Below are positions 12,274-30,000 of a stretch of 64,000 nucleotides of DNA, piece after piece (position 1 is the stretch's first letter; each line of letters starts with the position of its first letter). Source of the stretch: Monocercomonoides exilis PA203 (Eukaryota > Protista > Preaxostyla); NCBI GenBank assembly GCA_001643675.2, contig LSRY02000009.1, forward strand, positions 682,001 through 746,000, written 5' to 3'. Both the position numbers and the translations under genes were made by a program. A model generated the notes under the pieces. The model saw only the letters and a program-made list of their open reading frames with translations. It made no database searches and had not been told where the DNA came from.

Positions 12274-14070
12274 TAAGCCTTTGCGACAGACCGACATTTT
12301 CCAAAATGTTCGACAAGTCGACCGACAATGCAAAAATATTTCTGTAACAACTAAATTTTTTTTCATTTTTTTATTCGTTTTTTCTTATCATGGTATCTCA
12401 ATTTTTTGATTAATAAACAGAAAAACAAACAAATCAACGATTCTCTTTTTTTTGATGGAAATGACTAATTTTTAACATTTTGCTAATATGAATTTTATTT
12501 TTCATGGTTTCGAAATTAAAAAATTATCATTAGTCCATAAAAAATAACTTATTATTTTTTTTTAACAAAAGATTTTCTATTTTTGATTTGTTTCAAAAAT
12601 TCATTTTTTCGACAAAGATCAGTCGGTCGAACGGAAAAATTGATTATTTGATAGATATCATGATACAATTAACAACATATGAGGATTTTTTAAGAAGCTT
12701 GCCTTTGGAATTACAAAACAGTGTGAAATCAAAAGAAATCGTTTGAATTTAACATTATTCAAATTTTGACAGAAAATTTTTTATTTTTTTTTTTTTTTTC
12801 AAAAGAGTGCTGCATACAGCAAAAAAATAGAAGAGTGAAAAAAAAGCGATTGTTCATTTGTTGAGTTGGAATGTTCAAAATCAACAAATTTTGGAAAATG
12901 TTTGATTTTTTCTTGTTTTGATCAAAAATTATATTATTTCATTTGTTTTGATTATAATAAAGTTTTACTGGCATCCTAATAACACTGGAGAAAATATAGG
13001 AAAAGTTCACTTTGAAATTCAAAAAAATTCTATTTGGATAGCTAATACGCCTGTGAAAAATGATGGAACATTGAAAAAAGATGGACATATTTATTATTTG
13101 TTTCCAAACAGCAAAGAAGTAGTTAATTGTGGAGTTTCCGGAAGAAAAGGATGTGATCGAATAATCAATCATCAATGTCCCCTTTTGACAAATTCATCAA
13201 TCGTCAAATTTATGAAGCAGAATCATCCTCTCAAACAAGCAACTTATTACTCAAACAAAAAAGAAGTTCCATTTCATTTTCAATATGATTTATTGAAAAA
13301 ACAATTTTTGAGGTTAATTGGACATTGTAACATTGCATTTTTGTCCGCTTTTTCATCTGAGTTTAATAGTTTCATTTCTTCTCTTATACAGATTTCTCAA
13401 CAAAATCCATCATTTTCTCCAGAAACAATATTTCCCTCATTGAATTACAGAAAACTATCAGCAATAATTCATGATGAAGTGGAAAGCGCAATAAAAGAAA
13501 GGGATGCTGCAATTTTCAATTCTTCAGCCGGTATAATGATTGACGGTGGAGTTATCGCGGGCAAAAAGTGCACAGCTGTTACTGTGATTCCGTTGAATCC
13601 AGGTGCAAAGCCAATGTTTTATAAATTAGTTAAAGCGTGCTACACTTCCTTTGATTATTCACAACTTGCAGTCCAAATTATGACTGAAATAAAAGATTTA
13701 CACGGAGAAGTTCGGTATTTTTGCACAGACGGCTTGCTTCCTCAGAAGCTTGTAATTCAGAGCCTTTCAGAAGAAACCACAACAGCAAAATCTTTGTCAT
13801 TTTACAAGGGAACACCACCAATTTTTATTTATTGTCGCAACCATTTATTAAACTTAGTTGTTTCTCATTTTTTCAACAACAACGAATTCTTTCGAATACA
13901 GAAAGATGCAATAATTTCATTCACGAAACAAGCGAAGGTGATTTCCCGAAGGCAACCCTCAACGCCAAAATGCCCTTCTTTCATTGAAATAAGATGGCTA
14001 TGCATTTTTGATATTTGTTTTTTTATTAGAAAATATTTTCATGATGATATTTTTTCTGAATTATAGGAAT
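12274..14070 (+). mobile_element. hAT transposon, 3'-truncated; main transposase exon 12963..14066 with degraded upstream exons from about 12660
   Basis: Terminus TAAGCCTTTG with repeated (A/T/G/C)CGAC subterminal motifs. The ORF has IMIDGG (first Asp), FCTDG (second Asp), the hAT CxxH motif YCRNHLLNL and IRW. It lacks the catalytic Glu and dimerisation region because it runs into an unrelated repeat at about 14074. Confidence 0.8.
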
Positions 14071-14073
14071 TGA

Positions 14074-14258
14074 GGCATAGGTTTAACTGCGTCCCTTTTG
14101 CAATTCTTGTTTTTAACAATTAATTTAATGATGTTTGAAAAGCTAAAATTATTTATAAACTTTTGTATGGACCGATTTTTCGTTAAACTTTTTGTTTGTC
14201 GTGAAAATACTTTTTTAAAAAATGACCCATAAATATGGGTGATTTTTTTTGATATCAT
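14074..14258. repeat. Inverted copy of 24008-24170 fused to an inverted copy of 21632-21656; empty-site paralog of the 21657-24007 insertion
   Basis: The reverse complement reads ...AATCACCCA-TA-TTTATGGGTCATTTTTTAAAAAAGT..., near-identical to the joined flanks of the 21657-24007 element with a single TA. Confidence 0.9.
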
Positions 14259-14718
14259 TATAAAAGATCAAAAATTTAAGAAATTAAGTCTATTGTGGTT
14301 ATTATTGATCAAAGAGTTAAATTGACTTTTCATGAGTATTCAGCTTTTAAAACTGTGATTTATTAATGTTTTATTTATTTCCATTAAAAACACACCTTTT
14401 TAATATTTTTGGTGAAAATGAATTTTTTTATCAAGTTATATAAAAATTTACACAAAACAAATAAATGAAACTTCTAAAGGAAAAGAGAAGCGTCGTAATT
14501 GGAAAATCAAAACTTTGTTAAGAGAAAGTTAATAAAGAGGAACAGAAAAGAAGATAAGAAAACATAATTATAGAAATTAATTGATCAAAATCAGTTAATT
14601 TATTTTTTTGTTCTTTCCTTTGAACAGCTAACAAATTTCCTTTCCTTTAATTCTGTTCAATTGCTTCGTCAACCGTTCAACGAAATCGTGGATAATTAGA
14701 AAAGCTGAGTTCAATAGC

Positions 14719-14945
14719 TTGCTCCCTCTTATAGCCCAGAACAAAATTGTTGCCAGCAATGGAACAGATGTTTATGCCTGTTACAAAACACAGCAAAACC
14801 CATGTGACACCATGGAGTACGCCCTCAACGGCTTCATTGCTCCATTCAGTGATGCCTCTCTCTCTCTTCTCGTCTCCATTTTTACTCCTACAATGACTCT
14901 CACATTCAGCGCAGCTGACACAAAAATCATTGAAAACAATAACCT
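14719..14945 (+). pseudogene. Fragment of the surface-protein repeat family
   Basis: VASNGTDVYACYKTQQNPCDTMEYAL matches the G.D...CG....PC.S module start also seen at about 23000. It is an isolated fragment. Confidence 0.55.
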
Positions 14946-15959
14946 TTTTCCAATTTCATTATAATTTCTTCAATTATTTCTTCTTCAAATTTTGAACAAT
15001 TTTTATATTATTGTAAAGCTCATGAGTTTTCGTCGTCTTTTCACAAGAAGCTGATTTTTTCAAAAATCCTTAACGTCAGCTCAGATAAAAACATTTCTTT
15101 GAAATTTCTTCATCTATTTTCTCCTTTTCATCAAATGCAAATTCCACTTGTTGCTTTAAGGAATCATCTATTTCTTCTCTTCAAAATGTATTTCTTCAAG
15201 CATAGCAACAATCTCTTCAAAACCTTCAATTTCAATTGCTGTTTTCACTTCACCTTTTTTGAGCGCTGCAGACGCACTTATTTCATAGAATTATCCTTCG
15301 ATTATTGATCTTCCTAAAACAACCGCTTTCTCTTTTTGTTTCATCTTCTGTGATATATTGAAGGAGCATGTAATAATGCAACCTCTCGAAGATCATCCAC
15401 ATAATCGTTCGTTCCAAATAACGTTTTCTGCCCTGCTCCTTCTGTTTTCTGTGAATTCTTTCAATCTTAAAACGAAAAGGTCAGAATAGATTTTCTTTCC
15501 GATTGCATTCCTGATAATCGGCTCATCTTGATTTGAAATTGAATCTCTTCCTTTGACATATAATTTTTTCAGATATCCCATGATAGAATAAATATTCCTT
15601 TTGTCTTTCTGAATGTGAATGAAAGTGATAAACGATGTCGAATTCGAGGGGAGTTGAATGCAAGAGAAGGAGACGAAGAGAGAGCAGAAAGTTTGAGTGG
15701 AGGAAGTGATCCAGGAGTAGCAGGATTAGCAGAAGATGGATGGAAAGCTTGAAATTGCAGTGAAGGAGATAAAGATGTTCTGAAATGAGGAGAAGATTGT
15801 TATTGGATGTTCATAAATAATAACGAATTGACAATCGAAGAAGTTCAGTGAGAAAGAGGATGAAGAGCAATGTTTGCATTTGCAGCAAAATCAGCAGCTG
15901 AATTAAAAGGTGCAACCAAATTGAGGGCAGAATATTTCTGCATCAGATCCATCGCCATT

Positions 15960-21140
<5,181 letters not shown>

Positions 21141-21656
21141 TTAAGAAGTAGTTGGATTTATAAAACAAACAAAAACCTCTTTTTTTCGAGAAAAGAAGAA
21201 ACAATAAAAGGAGAAAAGGCTATTAGAAAGGACGATATGTCAGCAAGCTGCCAGATCTGTGGAAATTCATTGATTCAGTTTACAATTTTCTATTTCAACT
21301 TATTTTTTTTTAAATTCATTTTCAATAACAATATGTATCATATATTTGAATATGAAATTGATGTATTACATTATCTTAATTATTGTTATCATGTTTTTGA
21401 AATCAGTTAACTTATGTTTTTTTAGGTTTATCGAATTTTCGATATTTTTTTAAGAAATTATTTTTATTTCTCGATATTTGAAATAAAATAAATTAAAAAC
21501 AAATTGAAATCAACAAATAATAAATAATAACAATATATAAATGGATATTTTCTCATTATTTTACAAAAATATTTTTCTATTAAGCACATCCCTTAATGAA
21601 ATACTTTTTTGATCAAACGTCGGAATTTTTTATGATATCAAAAAAAATCACCCATA

Positions 21657-24007
21657 TGAGTATTTGAATAAAATTTTTAAAATCAAAAACAAATAAATCC
21701 TGAAAATTATCTTGAATGTCTCTAAATGCATTGCACACTTATATTTGTTTGATATTTTCACGAAAAATACAAATTTGAAATTTTATTTACTTATATGCAA
21801 TCATTTGATCAAACCCATATTTTAATTATATTAATTTGCAAAACGTAAATAAGATTTAATAAATCATTTTCTGAACATTTTGTTTTTAACAATCGTTAGT
21901 TATGTTATAAGTCATATGAAATGGTTTTTTTTTAAAATATATATGTATGTCTTTATTTATTTTTATCAAGTTTTGAATCATTTTTATTTTTGTGTTATTT
22001 CTTGTGATTAAAAATTTATTAGATGTTCAACCCTATATTACTGTGAAGTTCACATCCCGAATATTTGAATATCCAGCGTTGGTATTCCTAATCTTTTAAT
22101 TCGCAATATTGATCGTTTTACACCATTCACTTCACTTTTTCAAGCAAATAATATGTATTTATATTTCTTTATCTTTCAAAACTGCTTTTAATTGCTTGAA
22201 TTTGTTGAAATCGTATTTATCTTAAAAAACAAAAATTGTGTGAAGAAGTGAGAAAAAACGTAAAATAAAATAACGAAAGAAAATAATTCAGAACGTCTTT
22301 CAATCAAAGCATTCTGAACAATCCAAATACAAGAATTCTCCTTTTCCATTGACTGATGAAAGCAAACAGGATGATGCATTTGTCGATTTGATCTCCAGTT
22401 TTTCATTCCCTTTCAATATCACTTTTGCAACACCTCCTTCACCGCTTCCTTTGTTTGCAACGTTTAAAAAGTTGCTATATTCAAACAAAACTGAAGAAGC
22501 TAAAACCATTGGTGAGTTGGAGAATGAAGGCCCTTTTAAACTGCATCCTATCAATGTGCAACTTCCAGTGGTTGTAATTATCAATGAGTATTGAACAATG
22601 TCTGTTGATGATTGGATCACAAATAAACAGTTTTCGAGTTGAAGGACTCCACCCGATGAGATCAGTGAATTCATATTTGGCTCAAATTGACTTGGAATCT
22701 GCAACATCAAAGATAACAAGCTGAGTGAAACTGTTGATGAAATAACAGATGAAGATGATGATGCAGAATTCCCTTTGATTCTCTCATTAAACTGAATAGG
22801 AATGTGTTTGGTTTCATCTCCCTCATTCACACATCCATCAATCACAAGTGCCTTTGTGAATGAATAGATATCTTCAATTGTCCCTTCTTCTCTCACTTTT
22901 ACTTTCCTTTCTCCTTCCCCTCCATTCATGTCAATGTGACTTATTCCGCTCCACATCGATTCGCACGGATATCCATCGCTCCCACACCCAAATGTGTCAT
23001 GCCCACCAGTCGACACAGACGCCACCATCCATTTCAAAGAAACAAGAAACACTCGAAGATCCATTTCCCCAAACATCCCATCTTCCCCAACAAATGCACT
23101 CCCATCATCCACGTAATCTGTGTTAACAATTGCTAAACGCTCTGTCTTCACACTATTCACCAGATTGCTGCTCTTCACATACATGTTCTTCCCAACTGTT
23201 GCCCTGCACCCAGAAAACGATATCGATGAGAGCTGAAATTCTTCTTCATTCAGACTGCAATCCAGATATATCCCTCCTCCTTTTCCTCCCTCACTCATAT
23301 TCTCACAAACACATTCAGTAAATGAGCTCTCTTCAAGCGTAACATATCCCCCTTCATTCAACGCTATCTTCAGTGCTCCTCCTTCTTTGATCTTCTCTGA
23401 CAATGCCCCGTCAATTGTACTTCCATTCATCACCATCCAAACTCCTGTATTCCCTCCAAACACTGCTGCTTCTCCTTGTACTTCACGAAATATAAGAGTG
23501 AATAACAAATGTTTCAAACAAAATAAATTGCAAACCGATTGTTGAATGCGTGATTTTGTCACTTTGTAATTCATGTTGGCTTCACATTTCAGTCTAGTGC
23601 AAAGAAAATAAATGTGTCAATTGCATAACAGCTTTTTGTGAAATAAAAAATTCTGTAAGCAAAGATTTTTCTTTGACAATTATATTGGCAATTTAAAAGG
23701 CAGAAACAGGATCTTCCAACACGAATACAATTGGTAATATTTGCATTTAATAAAGATCACATATAAAAACAACAAATATAAACGTTAGTACATTGCATCA
23801 CCCGCACCTTCAAATTTAAGTTTTGCAAATTAATATAATTAAAATATGGGTTTGATCAAATGATTGCATATAAATAAATAAAATTTCAAATTTGTATTTT
23901 TCGTGAAAATATCAAACAAATATAAGTGTGCAATGCATTTAGAGACATTCAAGATAATTTTCAGGATTTATTTGTTTTTGATTTTAAAAATTTTATTCAA
24001 ATACTCA
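21657..24007. mobile_element. Non-autonomous TA-targeting TIR element (Pack-type) with 188-bp TIRs, carrying a host gene fragment
   Basis: TIRs at 21657-21844 and 23820-24007 (TGAGTATTTGAAT...), with one mismatch seen. TA is duplicated at 21655-56 and 24008-09. The empty site is at 14234-35. Confidence 0.9.
22300..23574 (-). CDS. Captured internal fragment of a large beta-helix-type surface protein (424-aa ORF inside the TIR element)
   Basis: Motifs GGALKI, GKGGGIYLDC, GHDTFGCGSDGYPCESM and GGVAKV. The sharp compositional boundaries at about 23480 and 22310 suggest the start and stop come from AT-rich element sequence. Confidence 0.7.
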   Translation of the reverse strand: MNYKVTKSRIQQSVCNLFCLKHLLFTLIFREVQGEAAVFGGNTGVWMVMNGSTIDGALSEKIKEGGALKIALNEGGYVTLEESSFTECVCENMSEGGKGGGIYLDCSLNEEEFQLSSISFSGCRATVGKNMYVKSSNLVNSVKTERLAIVNTDYVDDGSAFVGEDGMFGEMDLRVFLVSLKWMVASVSTGGHDTFGCGSDGYPCESMWSGISHIDMNGGEGERKVKVREEGTIEDIYSFTKALVIDGCVNEGDETKHIPIQFNERIKGNSASSSSSVISSTVSLSLLSLMLQIPSQFEPNMNSLISSGGVLQLENCLFVIQSSTDIVQYSLIITTTGSCTLIGCSLKGPSFSNSPMVLASSVLFEYSNFLNVANKGSGEGGVAKVILKGNEKLEIKSTNASSCLLSSVNGKGEFLYLDCSECFD

Positions 24008-24014
24008 TATTTAT

Positions 24015-24850
24015 GGGTCATTTTTTAAAAAAGTATTTTCACGACAAACAAAAAGTTTAACGAAAAATCGGTCCATACAAAAGTTTATAAATAATTTTAG
24101 CTTTTCAAACATCATTAAATTAATTGTTAAAAACAAGAATTGCAAAAGGGACGCAGTTACACCTATGCCCTTCTTTTTTTTCATCTTTTGTTTTTTTCAA
24201 TTCTCGCTTTTTTCCCTGATCATCTGGGGGTTTTATTGAAACGTTTGATGTTTCAATTGAAGATCCATACTCCGATGATGTACATCCATCGATGGACGAG
24301 CATGCTTCGACATTAGATCGTTGCATTACATCATCTCCTTCGTTTTCCGGAGGCAAAGGACCAGCCGAAGAAAAGATGGACTTTGTGCGCATTTCACTTT
24401 TTCCTTAATAGAAAAGAATAATTATTATTCAATTCATAAACACTTCGTTCGAATAAAGCTTGAAAATAGGAATATTTGAATCAAACTCTTTTTTAATCGT
24501 CTTCCATTGGAATAACTGGCAGAACTATTTTTCAAGAGCCAGTTTTCGGCTTTATGAAACTGCTCGTTTGCTAAAGATAATTGAACATAAATAAAGTTTA
24601 ATTATTATTATCAAACATTTCATTGCTCGGGTAATTTTGTTTGTCACTGAATTTTTTTTGTTCTGGTTTTTTGATTGCTTTTCTCTGGAGTAGTAATATT
24701 CTCCATTGGAAACGTCCCAGCCAAATCTTCTGAGATCTTTCAAAGATATCTCAGAAGAAACCGAGGATAGAAGAGAAACCTTGTCGTTTATCTGAAGTGT
24801 TTCGTGCAATCGAGATAAGTTTTTTAAGATTTTGTTAAGTTTTTCTATTT
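24015..24850 (-). mobile_element. Relic of a related Sola-like element: N-terminal transposase fragment plus a GGGTCATT terminus
   Basis: LLSSVSSEISLKDLRRFGWDVSNGEYYYSRE (24552-24809) aligns by eye with MLQALSRNTSLSDLLEYGYDVTEGKFIYAK of exon 2 of the 7916-11608 gene. Confidence 0.55.
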
Positions 24851-27800
24851 TAGTGAAGTTTTTTTGTGAATTTTGTTAATTTTATATAATAATTGCATTG
24901 GAGTGCTATTTTTTAAATTTGAAAAAATCATTCTTCAAAAAAAAAACAGATAACATTAACATCATTTCTACAAACAACATTCAAGAAGTGTTCTTCAAAA
25001 AGCAAAAAAGCATTGAAAGGTCATTTTCATTTATAACTTTCAAACGACAACGAAATAAAATGTGTAATAATAAATGAAAAAAAAAATCAAGATGATAAAT
25101 AACAAGAAAAAAATAAAGAAAATAATTTCTTATTAATCAACGTAAAATTTCTCATAAAGTTTTCACAATAAAAAAAATAGCAACAAAAAGAATCAAACAA
25201 AAAACAACACCAAAGAGAGAGAATCGCATCCCCAAATGCAATTATTTATTAAAAATTTTAACAAAATTGAAATGAAAACATCACAAAGCAATTAGATATT
25301 TGTTTAAATAAAGAGAGAGAACAAACCTTCAAAATGAGCCTCGAGCATTGAAAGAAAGGGTTTTCCTTTATTGCTGCGAAACAAGAAAGAAAATAAGCAC
25401 CCTTTTGGGTCCTTTGGAGATAGCTCAAACAGATATTCATCTATTTAAGATGCATGTCGACTTTTTGTCGAACGTGGAGCGTCAGAATAGCAATTCATTT
25501 TAACGGATCTTTTTTCTTTTGTAATGGGAGTGAAAAGGATAAATTAAGGGCAAAATGAAAAAGAATGAAATATGTTGATAAAACACCGTAACTGATAAAT
25601 CAAGAAGAAAAATTCGAGAGGAACATATAAAATATTATTATTTATCTCATAGAAAAATATGAATGGATTTTTTTTTCGTTTTTCTGAAATATCACTGAAT
25701 AATTATTTTCTATTTGCTAATCTTTTTAAAAAAAGCAACGATGAACAAGGAGAAACATTTTGAAGCTTCCGAAGAAAAGTTAATAACTTGACTTGGGTTG
25801 TGTGACATTTAATAATTTGATGTGTGATTTTTTGTTTTGCAATTTATAAGTGTTTTATTGTTTATGTTCATTCAAAAATTGAAAATTGGACAAGAACTTT
25901 CCATGGATGGTTAATAAGATATCATTCTATATAATTAGATTCTAAACAACGTCAAAACTTATGAATCAGTCTTCTTTACAGTTTTTGATTAAAAACAAAT
26001 TCGACAATTAAAAATTGGAATAAGTGATTGTGAACGGATTCGTTTCGTGAGAAATTCAAGATTTGAACGGGAAGAACGGGAAAATGGAGGAATTGAAGCA
26101 TTGGAAAAAGAAGATTTTTTTCTATCTGCGCTCAGATAAATTGATGCAATCAACATAGGGGAATGGAACAAAGTTGGATTGTTTTAGTTCTGCTTGACAA
26201 CTTCAAGATGAGTGAAAGGAAACACAAACAATGAGACTGTGAAACAACGAAGCTTTTTCAAAGGCAATAAAAATGAAGTTATGTGAAAAGATAGAAAAAG
26301 CACATGAAGATTATGTAGGATTGAACCATTGCACGCATCGGCAATAGACAAATGTTTTTTGTTCATTAATGTTGAAATTTTTTCTGTCTATTTTTTTTGT
26401 TGCAAATATCACTTTTTTATTCAAAGAAAATTTGATTTTTCCCCTCATTTATCTTTGAAAACTGAATTCACTTTCACTTATTCTAATGCTTTAGAAATTT
26501 TTATTTCCTCTATCAGTACAGTTATTTATTCATAAATGTCAATCTGAAAAGTTTGAAACAAAATGTGCAAAATTTGGAAAACAATACTTAATAACTCATT
26601 GGAGAACGAAATTCATAAACAAAAAATATACAATAAAAATTAATAGAAAAGCACATTCAAAATTTGAAACAACAATCCAATATTTGAAAACCTTCAGATT
26701 CAGATTTGATTTTTTGAAAATAAAATATGAAAGAGTTTGAATAGTGTCATTGAAGTGATGAACAACTGCGATGCTCTGTTTCATGGAAAGATCTTCTGCA
26801 CAAGCTGCTGCGAACGATAATCTTTTATTTTTTTATTCTGTCGAAAAAAAGGAACAAGATAATCCTCATTCTCTTCCAGCTGAACTGCTTCAGCTCTCCA
26901 ATCAAGTGGAATTTATTCAGGGCAGATAGAAGATTTGATACATCAAATCCAGCTATCGTTAATAGGTTGGCCTTTTCCAGTTATGCTGCACAAAGCGCGC
27001 CTCTTCTGCAAGTGGTTAGAGAGATAATTGAAGATGAAGAATGAAGACCTGGATATGCGTTGTTAACCTTTTTGATTTTATCTTTTGTTCTCTTTCTGTT
27101 GCAATCAACAATGCTTTTATCACAAGCGTTCGTTTTATTAACAGTTCTGTTTCTTTCTCCCACTGTTTGTTTGAGGTGCCTTTTCACTTCCAATGTGAAA
27201 ATAATCCATTTCTTCATAACAGAGTCGTAATATGATGTGTTCGAATATTGCATAATTTCCACACAGAGCATTGAAGTGATAATCATAGAATAAACATTCA
27301 TTGCCAGACACATTCGATTGGACGGTCAATAAGACAAAGATTCGAGAAATAATGAAATGGAATATTAAAATATAATGGAGAAGGAATGGGAGGAAAAAGA
27401 AAGCGACGATGGTTGTGGTATTGAAGAGGAGAAGCAAAGTCTGTTGCTAGCTAAATGCTCGCGAAATAATGAAGAATTTGAAGAATTTGCAGAATTCGAA
27501 TAAAAAGAGGAACAGGAATAAGATGAAGATAATAATAAGAATAAAAGGAAGACGACCTGCGTGAGGTTGATGAATATTCTGATCCGTAAGCCGTCTTTTT
27601 TGCAGTCTTCTGCTGAGTTGACTGTTGCTTCGCTATTTTATACCAAAACGCGTGTAATACTACCTCTTCAGTTTTCATGAGCTTGCATGGATTGAGCGAT
27701 AGGCAGCTATCTATAATTGATGCAAGATAGCTCAGCAGTAGCTCGTCTTCTTTGATCTGCTAGCTTGCCGTATCAGAGGAGCTTTCCACTAGACGACATT

Positions 27801-29299
27801 GAGAGAAGAAAAGTATGCACTGCATCAGATAACATCTTGCAGATTGGTAGTGTAGTGAGCTAATAAACAACCACATTTGTGATCTTGATCTTCATGACTG
27901 GATCAAAAATGTGATCAAAAAATTCATGCTGTTGTGAATGTGCCTTTCTCCTTTTTGTCCGTCTTTTTCATTCCTTCGTTTATTCCGTTGTACTCACTTT
28001 GCCTTCAGAATTAACAAGAGTATCTCTTTGTTTATCCACACTTGAAACATAGCTCGCTCATTAACCAGGTGAAAGACCAAATACCCCATCTCCTAGATAT
28101 CTGCCTTTTGATTCATCACATAACCTAGTATCGCTTTTCCTCACATATAAAAGCTTGTAACTTTGTAGCGCTCGGAATTTCACTCATTTTAGGACTGAGA
28201 CTGAAGAGCACCAATCAAACAGGCAGCGGATAGAGAAGCCTCTCTTCCAGACCCTCCTTATGTTAATTCAAGGTTTGAGGTATTATGAAAATTATTGGTA
28301 AAAGAGAAAAATACCAAGCAATGAGAGCTGTTTGAAACGAGATCTTTCTTCTTTTTGATTGTAGCATTCACATGTTGAAAGGCATCACATCTCCAGGTAT
28401 AAATCTTATGAAGAAAGTGTGCAAAAGGGCTTATAATGGTCATTAAATGTATATCCTCACTGTTTCAATCTTCAGTCCGCTGTTGTCTCCAACACACCTC
28501 AACACTTTTCGAAGTGTTTGTTGCAGGTACAATAGAACATTATATATTTGATTCTGTAACAGAGATACTCATTAAAACATATTCTTCTTCTTTTCTCTTT
28601 TTGAAAAATACAATACCTATTTCTTCCTTAAAATCTTCTTCTTCTTCAATTTTCTTTTTGAATAAGAAACTATTTCTTTTTCAATTACATCTATAATGTG
28701 CATATTATCTCGAATAATATCATATCTTCATAAGCAGCATTGGTAATTCTTTATAAGTTCTATACCTATTCATTATATTTTTTAATAAAATCTGTAATCA
28801 AAGTCAAACTTTCCACGATATTCTCAGGATATTTCCACAAAAACTGCATTTGTTCACAAAACTCAAAATATATATATATTATGAAACAACTCTCAATTTC
28901 TCTTTTTGTTAAATTATGTTATACACATTGTGATATGATTGCAGAATAAGTTTGGAACAAAACATGGTTTTTTTCATAAATGAAAAAATTTTGCCCCATT
29001 TGAAAAACATTTTTTTTTGAAATTTAAAAGGATAAAAACAGATTGAAAGGCTTGAGAATTATGGTGATAGCAAAGAAAATGAAAATGCAAACATTCAATC
29101 AATTTGAAATAACATTCAGAAACAAGAAAAAGTGATAAAGTCGATTTTTTCTCTTTTCTCATAAAAGATATAACAATGGGAATTTCTTCAAAAAAGAATA
29201 ATTAATTTTATGTAATTTTAATTTATGAAAATTTAAAAAATTTCAAAAGGAAATATTTTTGATGTTATTTAATATGCACATGTGGAATTTTATTATTTC

Positions 29300-30000
29300 A
29301 AATAAATTTATTTCTTTGGCGAGACTAATTCAATTTGACTTCTGTGAAGAGGGGATATTTCACTTGAAACACAGGCTTAAGTGCAATGTTCCTGGAGATA
29401 TTCAATGATTTCTTAAAGCTCACTCAAATACTGTTCTTTTGGCATTATCTTACAAAAGATTGGAAAAATATTTAAAAATCAATTTATCAAAAAACACTCT
29501 TTCCATCCAATTATTTGCAAACTCAATAACGCTATTTCAACATCTTTTTGCATTTCCTCGCTTTCCTCCTTGTTCAAAGCAGATTTCAGAAGGTAAGGCA
29601 CGCAAATTGATATCAATTTATATGAAAACCATCCATAAAGCAAAAGCCAGAATTCGATGAGGTCAATTAGAAGATTGTTATTTTCTTCTTTTTTCTTCTC
29701 TTCCTCAGCAATCATCTTTTGAACTATTTCGTAAAAACACGAAACGCAAAAATTACCGTTCCAAATGCCTTTCAGCACCTCAAAATGCCCCATTTGCTTC
29801 AACATCAAAATTGCATTTTCCATTGAAAGTTTCTTATCTTCAATCATTGTGTGAATTTCATCAATAACTCTGATGTGAAAACGTGTCTGAATTCATAGTA
29901 ATCCATTCCATCAATAAATTCTTTCGTTTCTTTAATTTTCTGTTTTTGTTCGGATTCAGTGAATTGTTCCAACTGTGAAAGTTTCTCAACAAAAATTGTA
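29300..30000 (-). pseudogene. Member of the expanded Monocercomonoides-type helical protein family
   Basis: EQKQKIKE..., *MIEDKKLSMENAILMLK..., ISICVPYLLKSALNKEESEEMQKDVEIALL; frameshift at about 29845 and further stops. Confidence 0.7.
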
